A stretch of 64,000 nt of DNA from Planctomycetota bacterium (GTDB taxonomy: Bacteria > Planctomycetota > Phycisphaerae > Phycisphaerales > Phycisphaeraceae): positions 41,409-105,408 of the forward strand of contig JAIOPN010000006.1 in the NCBI GenBank assembly GCA_021413865.1, given 5' to 3'. A model generated the notes under the pieces. It saw nothing but the letters and a program-made list of their open reading frames with translations. It did no database searches and was not told the origin of the DNA. Position numbers and translations under genes: made by a program. This document shows, in pieces, positions 55,704-64,000 of the stretch. How positions within the stretch are numbered: position 1 is the first letter of the stretch; the number at the start of each line of letters is the position of its first letter.

Positions 55704-56219
55704 TTACTTCCCGCCGCCGATGCCCTGCACCTTGAATTGCACGTCCGCCTGATAGCCAAAGAGCAGGTCGTGCAGCTCTTTCACGCCCGGGACCTTGTCG
55801 TCGGTGGTGCGGAAGTTGTGCCCCAGGCCGCCGGTGGAGATCGAGGCCTGGTAGGTGACGCGTTCGGCGGTGCCGAACATCGTGTCCTTCGCCTCGGTCA
55901 GGTTGTATTTCCGGATCACCGCCCAGACCGCGTCGAGCTGGGCATCGCTCAGGGTCGTGATCGGCTTGAAGACGCGCTGGGTCGCGTCGCGCCCGCCGGT
56001 ATAGCCCAGCACGCCCTTGTCGGTCAGCTTGATGTAGGTGTAGCGGTGGTCTTTCCACGCGGTGTAAAGCTCGACGCTCAGCCGCGCGGGGCGGGCGGCG
56101 GGGCCGGCAGTTGTTGGTTCATCCTGCATGGTCGGGGTGGAGGCGCAGCCGATCCCCACGGAGAGGAACAGCAGGGAGACAACCGCGATGCGGAGATGGA
56201 GATTGGTGTGTTGCATCAT
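55704..56219 (-). CDS. Hypothetical lipoprotein (tandem paralogue 2)
   Basis: Lipobox SVGIGC. ATGATG at 56219. Confidence 0.6.
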   Translation of the reverse strand: MMQHTNLHLRIAVVSLLFLSVGIGCASTPTMQDEPTTAGPAARPARLSVELYTAWKDHRYTYIKLTDKGVLGYTGGRDATQRVFKPITTLSDAQLDAVWAVIRKYNLTEAKDTMFGTAERVTYQASISTGGLGHNFRTTDDKVPGVKELHDLLFGYQADVQFKVQGIGGGK

Positions 56220-56785
56220 CGTGGGGCCACCGGGGCGGGGTTGACCGCGGACATGGGTGACGGCGGGGCTTGAGGATTGCGGAGCGCCACCAGGCGGGTG
56301 AGCAGTTGCACGGTGGGGGGCGATTCGCCGGGGGTGGTGCGGTAGTGGTTGGTCCGGCCGAACAGGGTGACCTCCACGTCGTACATCTCGGTCGCCTTGG
56401 TCTTGCCCTGGTCGAACGCCTCGCCGCCCGGGCTGGTCGGCTCGGCGATCAGGTGGTTGTTGCTCACCAGCTCGAACAGGGCGTCGTATTCCTTGCGGGT
56501 CAGGTAGCGGGTGAAGGGGGGGTAGCGGTTGTGGTCGGCGGCGGCCCCGCGCGCCACGCCGAGCCTGCGGTTGGGCTCGACGGTCTGGAGCGACGGCTCG
56601 CGCAGCGGGTCGCGCGACTTGGCGTCGCCGCGCACGCGGAAGACGACGCTGAAATCGGTGGGCGTAGCAACGCCCACCAGCCGGGGGTCCTGGTACGGCG
56701 CGTTGCACCCTGCCGTGAGCAGGCAGAGGGCGATCAGGCGGATGAAGAGGCGGGGCGATGGCACGGCACAAGTGTAACGTGGCAA
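56216..56785 (-). CDS. Hypothetical lipoprotein (tandem paralogue 1)
   Basis: Lipobox LLTAGC. 4-nt overlap with the downstream gene. Confidence 0.6.
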   Translation of the reverse strand: MPRYTCAVPSPRLFIRLIALCLLTAGCNAPYQDPRLVGVATPTDFSVVFRVRGDAKSRDPLREPSLQTVEPNRRLGVARGAAADHNRYPPFTRYLTRKEYDALFELVSNNHLIAEPTSPGGEAFDQGKTKATEMYDVEVTLFGRTNHYRTTPGESPPTVQLLTRLVALRNPQAPPSPMSAVNPAPVAPR

Positions 56786-56970
56786 GTGACGCTAGTTTGA
56801 AATCTGATGGGTGGCTGGGGCAGAATCTTCGATGCCCCAGTCTGCTCCGAGTGTCGAACCGGGGCTTCGCAAAGCCTCAGCCCAAGCGACCCATTTCAAA
56901 CCGGGACACTGCTCACGATGCATCCGCCCCGCAGTTGCCCCGGTGATTATGCCTGTTACTCTTTGCGGCG

Positions 56971-58992
56971 ATGAAGGTCAGTCTCTCCTGGATCAACGAG
57001 TACCTGGACCGCCCGATCACCGCCGACGAGGCGGAGACGCTGCTCACCGCGCAGGGCACGCCGATCGAGACGCGCGAGCCCGTCGCCGGCGGAGCTGACG
57101 TGATGCTCGATGTCGAGGTCACCAGCAACCGCGCGGACTGTTTCTCGCACGTCGGCGTGGCGCGGGAACTGGCGGCGGGGTCGGGACGAAAGCTCCGCGA
57201 GCCCGACGCGAAACTCCCCCCCGCGTCCGGCGATCCGGTCGAAAAACTCACCGGCGTCGCCAACGAACGGACCGACCTCTGCCCCGTTTACACCGCGCGG
57301 GTCATCCGCGGCGTGAAGGTGGGTCCGAGCCCGGCGTGGCTGGTCAAACGGCTTGAAGCGATCGGCCTCCGCTCCGTCAACAACGTCGTGGACGTGACGA
57401 ATTTTGTTCTGATGGAGTTGGGTCAGCCGCTGCACGCATTCGACATGGCGCGGCTCGGCGGGGAGAGGATCGTCGTCCGCGCCGCCCGCGAGGGGGAGCC
57501 CTTCGAGGCGATCGACGGCACGAAACACAAGCTGCGCGGCGACATGCTGGTCATCGCGGACGAGTCCAGGCCCGTCGCGCTGGCGGGCGTGATGGGCGGG
57601 ATCAACAGCGAGGTGAAGGCCACGACGGTGGACGTGCTGCTGGAGTCGGCGCGGTTCGACCCGCTCTGCATCCGCCGTGCGAGCCGGGCGCTGCGGTTGG
57701 CGAGCGATTCGAGCTACCGTTTTGAGCGCGGCGTCGATCCGGCGGGCGTGGAATTGGCGAGCCGGCGGGCCGCGAAGCTGATCGTGGAGCTGGCGGGCGG
57801 GACATTGGCCCCGGGCGTGATCCGCGTGGGTGAAATAGAGCCCAAGCCGCGCGGCGTGACCATGCGCGTCGCGCGCTGCAACGCGATCCTGGGATTGAGT
57901 CTTCCTGACGAGCGCATCGTTGAGTTGCTGGATCGGCTCGGCCTCTCGCCCAAACTCGACGGCGGCGTGGTGGCCTGTGCCGTGCCCACGTTCCGCCTCG
58001 ACCTGCACCGCGAGGTGGACCTGATCGAAGAGGTCGCCCGGCTGCACGGGCTGGACCATATCCCGGTCCGCGAGCGGATCGAGATCGTCGCCCGCGCGCC
58101 GCAGCCGGTGATCGAAGCGCGGCAGGTCCTGAACCAGTCGCTCATCGCCCACGGGTTCCACGAGACGGTCACGTTCAGCTTCGTGAACCGCCGGCACGGC
58201 GAGGCGTTCCTGCCCGCCGGCGCGGCGGCGGTGGAGGTGGACGACGAGCGCCGCAAGGCGGAGCCCACGCTGCGCCCCTCGCTCGTGTCGAGCCTGCTGG
58301 TCTGCCGCAAGGCCAACCAGGACGTGGGCAACGCGGGCGTCCGCCTCTTCGAGTCGGCGGCGGTCTGGTGCCGTCGCGGGGAGAAGATCGACGAGCGCCG
58401 CACGGTCGGCCTGCTCATGGACGTCAGCGATGCGCAGCAGGGCGTACGCGCCCTGCGCGGCGCGATCGAGGAGACCCTCGCACGGTTGGGCGGCGACGTG
58501 GCCGTGACGTTCGAGCCGGTCGATCGGCCGTGGCTTTCCGTCGGGGCGCGGGTGCTGGTGGACGGCAAGGAGGTCGGCGTGATGGGCGCGGTCGCGCCGG
58601 CGACGCAGAAGTTGTTCGACCTGCAATCGAGCGTCGCCGCCGCCGAATTGGATTTAGACAATCTGCTCTCGCTCTACCCGCCCAGGCGGGCCCTGCGGTC
58701 GCTCGCCCGTTTCCCGGGCATCGAGCGGGACCTGTCTGTCGTGGTGGACGAGTCGGTCGCGTGGGACCGGGTGCGCGGGGAGGTGGAGTCGCTCAGGCCG
58801 GCGCTGATGGAGGAACTGCGGTTCCTCGTCACCTACCGCGGCAAGCCGATCCCGCCGGGCCGCAAGAGCGTGAGCTTCCGCATGGTCTTCCGCGATCCGC
58901 AGGCGACGCTGCGCCACGAGCAGGCGGACGGGCAGGTTGCGTCGGTGATCGAGAAGCTGAAGAGTTCGCTGGGCGCCGAGCTGCGCACCTGA
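56971..58992 (+). CDS. pheT: Phenylalanine--tRNA ligase beta subunit (short form)
   Basis: MKVSLSWINEYL..., B3/4, B5 and C-terminal FDX-ACB-like segments. Confidence 0.9.
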   Translation: MKVSLSWINEYLDRPITADEAETLLTAQGTPIETREPVAGGADVMLDVEVTSNRADCFSHVGVARELAAGSGRKLREPDAKLPPASGDPVEKLTGVANERTDLCPVYTARVIRGVKVGPSPAWLVKRLEAIGLRSVNNVVDVTNFVLMELGQPLHAFDMARLGGERIVVRAAREGEPFEAIDGTKHKLRGDMLVIADESRPVALAGVMGGINSEVKATTVDVLLESARFDPLCIRRASRALRLASDSSYRFERGVDPAGVELASRRAAKLIVELAGGTLAPGVIRVGEIEPKPRGVTMRVARCNAILGLSLPDERIVELLDRLGLSPKLDGGVVACAVPTFRLDLHREVDLIEEVARLHGLDHIPVRERIEIVARAPQPVIEARQVLNQSLIAHGFHETVTFSFVNRRHGEAFLPAGAAAVEVDDERRKAEPTLRPSLVSSLLVCRKANQDVGNAGVRLFESAAVWCRRGEKIDERRTVGLLMDVSDAQQGVRALRGAIEETLARLGGDVAVTFEPVDRPWLSVGARVLVDGKEVGVMGAVAPATQKLFDLQSSVAAAELDLDNLLSLYPPRRALRSLARFPGIERDLSVVVDESVAWDRVRGEVESLRPALMEELRFLVTYRGKPIPPGRKSVSFRMVFRDPQATLRHEQADGQVASVIEKLKSSLGAELRT

Positions 58993-59032
58993 TTATTCCC
59001 TCGGTTCCATTCAGAATAGAAAGGCTCCTTTC

Positions 59033-60064
59033 ATGGCGGACAAAGAACTGCGGGCGGTGCTGGTCGGCTGCGGCGGGATGGCCAACGCGTGGATGAAGAA
59101 CGCGCTGGAGATGCCCGGCCTCAGGCTCGTGGGACTGGTGGACATCAACCCGACCGCCGCCCGCGCGATGGCGGAGAAGTACCAGCTCCCCGCCGAGGTC
59201 GTCTTCCCGACGCTCAAGGCGGCGCTGAAGAAGACCAAGGCGGAGGTGGTGTTCGACGTGACCATCCCCGCCGCGCACGACAAGGTGGTGATCGAGGCGC
59301 TCAAGGCGGGCTGCCACGTGCTGGGCGAGAAGCCCATGAGTGACACGCTGGCGAAGGCGAAGAAGATGGTCGCCACCTCGAAGCGAGCCCGGCGTACTTA
59401 TGCCGTGACGCAGAACTACCGCTACACGCCGCAGACCGCCAGCGTCTCCTCGTTCCTCCGCCGCGGCGGGGTGGGGCGGATCGAGGAGGTCCACGCCGAC
59501 TTTTTCATCGGCGCCCACTTCGGTGGCTTCCGCGACATGATGGCGCACCCCCTTCTATTGGACATGGCCATCCACACCTTCGACGCGTGCCGCTTCCTCA
59601 CCGGCGCGGACCCGGCCAACGTCTATTGCCACGCCTACAACCCCAAGCGCTCCTGGTACAAGGGGGCCGCCTCGGCGTCGGCGATCTTTGAGATGTCCAA
59701 CGGGCTGGTCTTCAACTACCGCGGTTCCTGGTGCGCCGAGGGGCTCAACACCCCCTGGGGCAGCCACTGGCGCATCGTCGGCGACAAGGGCTCGCTCACA
59801 TGGGACGGCGGCGACCAGGTCCGCTGCCAGACGATCAAGCCCGGAGGCAAGCACGCCTTCGTCAGCGAGATGCAGGACATCAACGTGCCGCAACTGCAAC
59901 TGGCGCACTCGGGCCACGCGGGGGTCATGAGCGAGTTCCTCGGCTGCATCCGCAACCGCCGCAAGCCCTCGACCATCTGCGACGACAACATCAAGAGCCT
60001 GGCGATGGTTTTCGCGGCGGTGGAGAGCGCCAGGACCAAGAAACGCGTGAAGGTGAAGTGGTGA
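59033..60064 (+). CDS. Gfo/Idh/MocA family oxidoreductase
   Basis: LRAVLVGCGGMANAW..., GEKPM. Confidence 0.8.
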   Translation: MADKELRAVLVGCGGMANAWMKNALEMPGLRLVGLVDINPTAARAMAEKYQLPAEVVFPTLKAALKKTKAEVVFDVTIPAAHDKVVIEALKAGCHVLGEKPMSDTLAKAKKMVATSKRARRTYAVTQNYRYTPQTASVSSFLRRGGVGRIEEVHADFFIGAHFGGFRDMMAHPLLLDMAIHTFDACRFLTGADPANVYCHAYNPKRSWYKGAASASAIFEMSNGLVFNYRGSWCAEGLNTPWGSHWRIVGDKGSLTWDGGDQVRCQTIKPGGKHAFVSEMQDINVPQLQLAHSGHAGVMSEFLGCIRNRRKPSTICDDNIKSLAMVFAAVESARTKKRVKVKW

Positions 60065-60127
60065 GACGCGGTAACCGACCCTGTCGAAGTAGCCGATAAT
60101 TAGGCTCGTACACCGCAGGAGCCGTCG

Positions 60128-61363
60128 ATGGATGTGGCGAGCATGCGCAAGGCTGACCGCTGGCTGGGGGTGCCGGCGTGCTGGGCATTGACGTTGTGGC
60201 GCCGGCTCACGTCGCGCGCCGCGCCGTCGCCCGCCAGGCCGACCCGCATCCTCTTCGTGAAGCTCGCCGAGCAGGGCTCGACCGTCCTGGCCGCCGCCGC
60301 CATCCGCGAGGCCGTCCGCCGTGTCGGGCGGGAGAACGTCTTCTTCCTCGTCTTCGAGAAGAACCGCTTCATCCTCGACGTGATGGACCTGATCCCGCGC
60401 GGCAACGCCGTCACGATCAACGACCGCTCGCTCTGGGGCACGCTGTGTGGAGCGCTGGGGGCTGTGCGTCGCATGCGGTCGCTGAAGATCGACGCCGTCA
60501 TCGATATGGAGTTCTTCGCCCGCTCGTCGGCGGCGATGGCATTCCTCTGCGGGGCGAGGTGGCGCGTCGGCTACCACGCGTTCCACGGCGAGGCGGCCTA
60601 CCGCGGCGACCTGATGACCCACCGCCTGAGCTTCAACGCCCACCAGCACACCAGCAGCGCCTTCCTCTCCATGGTGATGGCGTTGGACGCGAGGATCGAG
60701 CAACTGCCCGCGCTGGACTTCACCGTGCCACGCAAGCCCGACCCGCTCCCCGCGTTCGAGCCGTCGCCGGGCGAGGCCGATGCGGTCGCCGCGCTGCTGC
60801 GCAGCGCGGGGGTGAAAGAGGGCGCGGCCCTCGTGCTGTTCAACGCCAACTGCAGCGATCTTCTGCCGCTGCGCCGCTGGCCCTCGGAGCGGTACGTCGA
60901 GCTGGCGAAACAGTTGCTAGGCGCGCGGCCGGACGTCGCCATCGCATTCACCGGTGCGCCCGACGAGGCCGCCGCCGCCGTGGAACTCGTTGGGCAGATC
61001 AACAGCCCGCGCTGCGTCAGCCTCGCGGGCAAGACCACGCTGCGGCAGCTCCTGGTGCTTTACGGTCTGTCGCGTGTGCTCGTCACCAACGACAGCGGCC
61101 CGGCACACTTCGCGGCACTCACGCCCATCCACGTCGTCGTGCTCTTCGGCCCCGAGACGCCTGCGCTCTTCGCCCCCATCAGCCCGCGCACCCACGCCCT
61201 CTGGGTCGGCTTGGCGTGCAGCCCCTGCGTCAACGCCTACAACGACCGCCAGTCTTCATGCAGGAATAATCTGTGCATGCAGCGCATCACGATGGATGAG
61301 GTGCTCGCCAAGGTGACGGGCGTCCTGGATGCCCCGGATTCCCCGGCGGAGGCCCGCGTTTGA
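60128..61363 (+). CDS. Glycosyltransferase family 9 (heptosyltransferase-like)
   Basis: ILFVKLAEQGS..., LVTNDSGPAHFAA. Confidence 0.8.
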   Translation: MDVASMRKADRWLGVPACWALTLWRRLTSRAAPSPARPTRILFVKLAEQGSTVLAAAAIREAVRRVGRENVFFLVFEKNRFILDVMDLIPRGNAVTINDRSLWGTLCGALGAVRRMRSLKIDAVIDMEFFARSSAAMAFLCGARWRVGYHAFHGEAAYRGDLMTHRLSFNAHQHTSSAFLSMVMALDARIEQLPALDFTVPRKPDPLPAFEPSPGEADAVAALLRSAGVKEGAALVLFNANCSDLLPLRRWPSERYVELAKQLLGARPDVAIAFTGAPDEAAAAVELVGQINSPRCVSLAGKTTLRQLLVLYGLSRVLVTNDSGPAHFAALTPIHVVVLFGPETPALFAPISPRTHALWVGLACSPCVNAYNDRQSSCRNNLCMQRITMDEVLAKVTGVLDAPDSPAEARV

Positions 61364-63021
61364 GCGATCCCCCCCCGAGCGCGCCGGTGCGAGAGCGACC
61401 CTTCGCGGTGCTTCTGATCGCCGCGCTCGCCGCCGCCTGCGCCGCGGGGGTGTATCTCCGCTCGCTCTCGGGTGATTTTGTTTTCGATGACGTGGCCGTC
61501 ATCCGTGACGCCGCTTATCTCCACGACATGTCGAACTGGCCGGACGTCCTGACGTTCCACGTGATGTCGCAGGACGTGGTGGACTTCAACCGCCCGGTGC
61601 AGGTCGCCTCGCTCATGCTCGACGCGACGATCTGGGGGAAGAACCCGTTGGGGTATCGGCTGACAAACCTGCTCCTGCACGCGGTGTGCACGTTCCTCAC
61701 CGTGGTGTTACTGGCGCGGCTGCTGCGTGAGGGGCGGACGCCGGCGGGGCGCGACGCGGCAGTGACGCCGCTGGGCGTGGCGGAGCTGGCGGGTCTCTTA
61801 TTGGCCGGGCTGCTGTTCGCGCTGCACCCGGTGATGGTCGAGGCCGCCGCCGTGCCGAGCAACCGGAAGGATCAGTTGGCGACGCTGTTTGTCCTGTTGT
61901 CGATGCTGGCGGCGATCCGTTTCCGCGCCGTGATGACGCCGAGAAACATCGTGCTGGTCATCACCTGCCTCTTCTGCACGCTCCTGGCCGTGGGGGCGAA
62001 GGAGAACGGGGCCGCGGGCCCGCCGATCCTGCTGGCCTACTGGTGGCTGTTCCGCCGCCGTGAAAAGCCCGTGGCGTGGCTGTCGCTGATCGGGGCCTGC
62101 GCGCTGATCGTCGCGGTATTCCTGGCGGTGCGGTTCGGGTTGGAACGCGACAAGTCGGAGGTCTTTTACACCAAGCCCAGCGCCCTCTCGCCGACTTTGC
62201 TGGGACGGGCGAATTTTGAAGTCGGCTTCGTGCTGCTCTACGCCAGGAATCTCCTCTGGCCCACACGGCTCTGCGCCGATTACAACCTCTGGTCCCTCAA
62301 GCCAATCATCGGGCTGGGGGTCCTGCGTGACATCATCTTCATGGCGGTTGGCGGCGCGGCGATCCTGCTGGCGCAGCGCAGCCGACTGTTCTGCCTCGGG
62401 CTGTGCGTCGTGGTCATGGCGATGCTCCCGGCGGCCAACCTCGTACCGATCTATATCCCCGCCGCTGACAGGTACTGGTACCTGCCAATGGTTGGTTTAG
62501 GGGTGATGGTCGCATTGGGTGCATCATGGGTCGGGGCGCGCGCGCCACGTGCCCTTGCCGCGGCGGCTCTGGCGATCTCTCTGTTGCTCTGCGCCGCGCT
62601 GGGGGTGCTGACGTGGCAGCGCATCGGCGTGTGGGACAACCCCAAGGTGCTCTGGACCGACACCCACGCGAAAAACGAGGGCTCCATCCGTGCCCTGACC
62701 GGGCTGGCGACCGAGCTCGCCAACGAGGGGAATCTCGCGCAGGCCATCCCCTATTTCGAGAAGGCCGCCGGCTGGGTAACGAACCGGCCGGACTACTCGA
62801 TCAACATCGTGATCGGCTACGACAACCTGGGCCGCCGCGCCGACGTTGACGCGGCGATCCGCAAGATGCTCGCCGTTTACCCCCGGTTCCTCCACCCCGA
62901 GTCGATCCCGCGCACGGGGGAACTCAAGGGGGTGGACATGGACCGCTTCGAGAGCCTCATGCTCCGTTTCCGCGAAGCCAACCCGTACTACGACCCGGTG
63001 CGTCCGTCGGCCATTCCATGA
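61360..63021 (+). CDS. Polytopic membrane protein with C-terminal TPR (PMT/ArnT-like glycosyltransferase fold suspected)
   Basis: More than 10 TM segments, FVFDDVAVI...FNRPVQVASL motif, TPR-like tail. The TTG start overlaps the GT9 stop. Confidence 0.65.
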   Translation: MSDPPPSAPVRERPFAVLLIAALAAACAAGVYLRSLSGDFVFDDVAVIRDAAYLHDMSNWPDVLTFHVMSQDVVDFNRPVQVASLMLDATIWGKNPLGYRLTNLLLHAVCTFLTVVLLARLLREGRTPAGRDAAVTPLGVAELAGLLLAGLLFALHPVMVEAAAVPSNRKDQLATLFVLLSMLAAIRFRAVMTPRNIVLVITCLFCTLLAVGAKENGAAGPPILLAYWWLFRRREKPVAWLSLIGACALIVAVFLAVRFGLERDKSEVFYTKPSALSPTLLGRANFEVGFVLLYARNLLWPTRLCADYNLWSLKPIIGLGVLRDIIFMAVGGAAILLAQRSRLFCLGLCVVVMAMLPAANLVPIYIPAADRYWYLPMVGLGVMVALGASWVGARAPRALAAAALAISLLLCAALGVLTWQRIGVWDNPKVLWTDTHAKNEGSIRALTGLATELANEGNLAQAIPYFEKAAGWVTNRPDYSINIVIGYDNLGRRADVDAAIRKMLAVYPRFLHPESIPRTGELKGVDMDRFESLMLRFREANPYYDPVRPSAIP

Positions 63022-64000
63022 GCGAGCGCAAGACCCCATCGACGCCACCCGGTCCGCGGCGGGCCCGCCTCGCCGTGTGGCTCGCTGTGCTGTTGCCCGT
63101 GCTGGTTGCTGCCCTGCTCTATCTCCCCTCCCTGCGCGGCGAGCTGGTCATGGATGATCCGACCCAACTCCGCGACGACTCCTTCATCAGAACGACCTCG
63201 CACTGGCGCGACGTCCTGACGCTCCGCCTCCTGATGCTCGACGTGATCGACTTCAACCGTCCCGTGCAGGTGGCGTCGCTCATGATCGACACGGAGTTGT
63301 GGGGCGTCACGCCCGCCGGCTACCGCTTCACGAACCTGCTGCTGCACGCGGCCTGCACCGGGCTAGTCGCGTGGGTCGTGTTGCAACTCCTCCAACGCCC
63401 CGGTCGGTGGCGCGGCGTTGAAGGCGGGAGTGAAGAAAAGACGTCGCTTCCCGTTCTCGCGCTGGCCGCCGGACTGGCGGCGCTGCTGTTCGCGGCCCAC
63501 CCGATCATGGTCGAGGCCGTCGCCGTCCCGACCAACCGCGAGGACCTGCTGGTGGCGCTGTTCACGCTGCTGGCGCTGACGGCGGCTATGGGTTTCGACA
63601 CCGGTCGTCGCTTGCGTGCGTGGGGCTGCGGCATCGTCTGCGCCGTGTGCTGCTTCCTGGCGATCGGGGCGAAGGAGTCGGGCGTGGCCGCGCCAGCGGC
63701 ATTGGGATTGTACGGTCTAGTGCTGGGGCGGCACGAGCGGCGGCGGTCATGGGCGGTGCTCATCGGGTGCTGCGCCGCGGGCGTTGCGGCGTTCCTTGTT
63801 GCACGCTTTACGCTGGCGCCGACGCTCTCCACGGTTTTCACTGAACCTCCCACGCGGATCGCCCCCACGCACCTGGGTGTCTTCCTCGAACAGACTCGGG
63901 TCCTGACGTTCCAGGCGTGGCAGCTCGTCTGGCCGGCACGGTTGTCGATCATCTACGACCCCAACTCGCTTGTGGGCATCGATACCACGAGCGGCCTCTT
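63018..64000 (+). CDS. Paralogue of the preceding membrane protein, 3' partial
   Basis: ATGA overlap. LVMDDPTQL...FNRPVQVASLMID...NLLLHA aligns with the upstream gene. The frame is open to the window end by hand translation. Confidence 0.65.
   Translation, partial: MSERKTPSTPPGPRRARLAVWLAVLLPVLVAALLYLPSLRGELVMDDPTQLRDDSFIRTTSHWRDVLTLRLLMLDVIDFNRPVQVASLMIDTELWGVTPAGYRFTNLLLHAACTGLVAWVVLQLLQRPGRWRGVEGGSEEKTSLPVLALAAGLAALLFAAHPIMVEAVAVPTNREDLLVALFTLLALTAAMGFDTGRRLRAWGCGIVCAVCCFLAIGAKESGVAAPAALGLYGLVLGRHERRRSWAVLIGCCAAGVAAFLVARFTLAPTLSTVFTEPPTRIAPTHLGVFLEQTRVLTFQAWQLVWPARLSIIYDPNSLVGIDTTSGL

Overview
High-G+C bacterial chromosomal segment: hand-counted rows run at about two-thirds G+C, with several patches near 40-53%. 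Gene content looks like the PVC superphylum or a planctomycete (LRR and ankyrin proteins, GH57, LL-DAP aminotransferase, a long TatC with an insert, many lipoproteins). All family assignments come from motif recognition by eye; no searches were run. I call about 65 protein genes, one tRNA (Ser-GGA), no rRNA and no CRISPR array. Housekeeping genes: ruvX, gltX, rpmI-rplT, folD, cinA, truB, tatC, queA, alaS, dapL, rpoZ, coaC, pheT. Accessory content: (1) a RiPP-like cluster at 14.4-16.6 kb, made of a signal-peptide precursor with nine Cys at a regular C-x5-C spacing, a DUF692 multinuclear non-heme iron oxidase (MNIO) and its DUF2063 partner. This is the most interesting system in the window. (2) A lipoprotein 11 kb away with the same C-x5-C periodicity (DKCD repeats). 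(3) An ECF sigma / anti-sigma / VIT-vWA operon. (4) A minus-strand L-fuconate-type sugar-acid operon interrupted by a lower-GC two-gene nucleotidyltransferase module whose ORFs overlap by 68 nt. (5) A HicBA toxin-antitoxin pair. (6) Decayed IS fragments at 20.4-20.8 kb and 22.2-22.9 kb. (7) A lower-GC islet (44.8-46.4 kb) of four small same-strand ORFs, each preceded by a GTTRGG-type motif, two of them with an identical 17-nt upstream repeat. (8) At least three families of short palindromic (REP/MITE-like) repeats. Most other long ORFs in the six-frame track are antisense or off-frame shadows typical of high-GC DNA.
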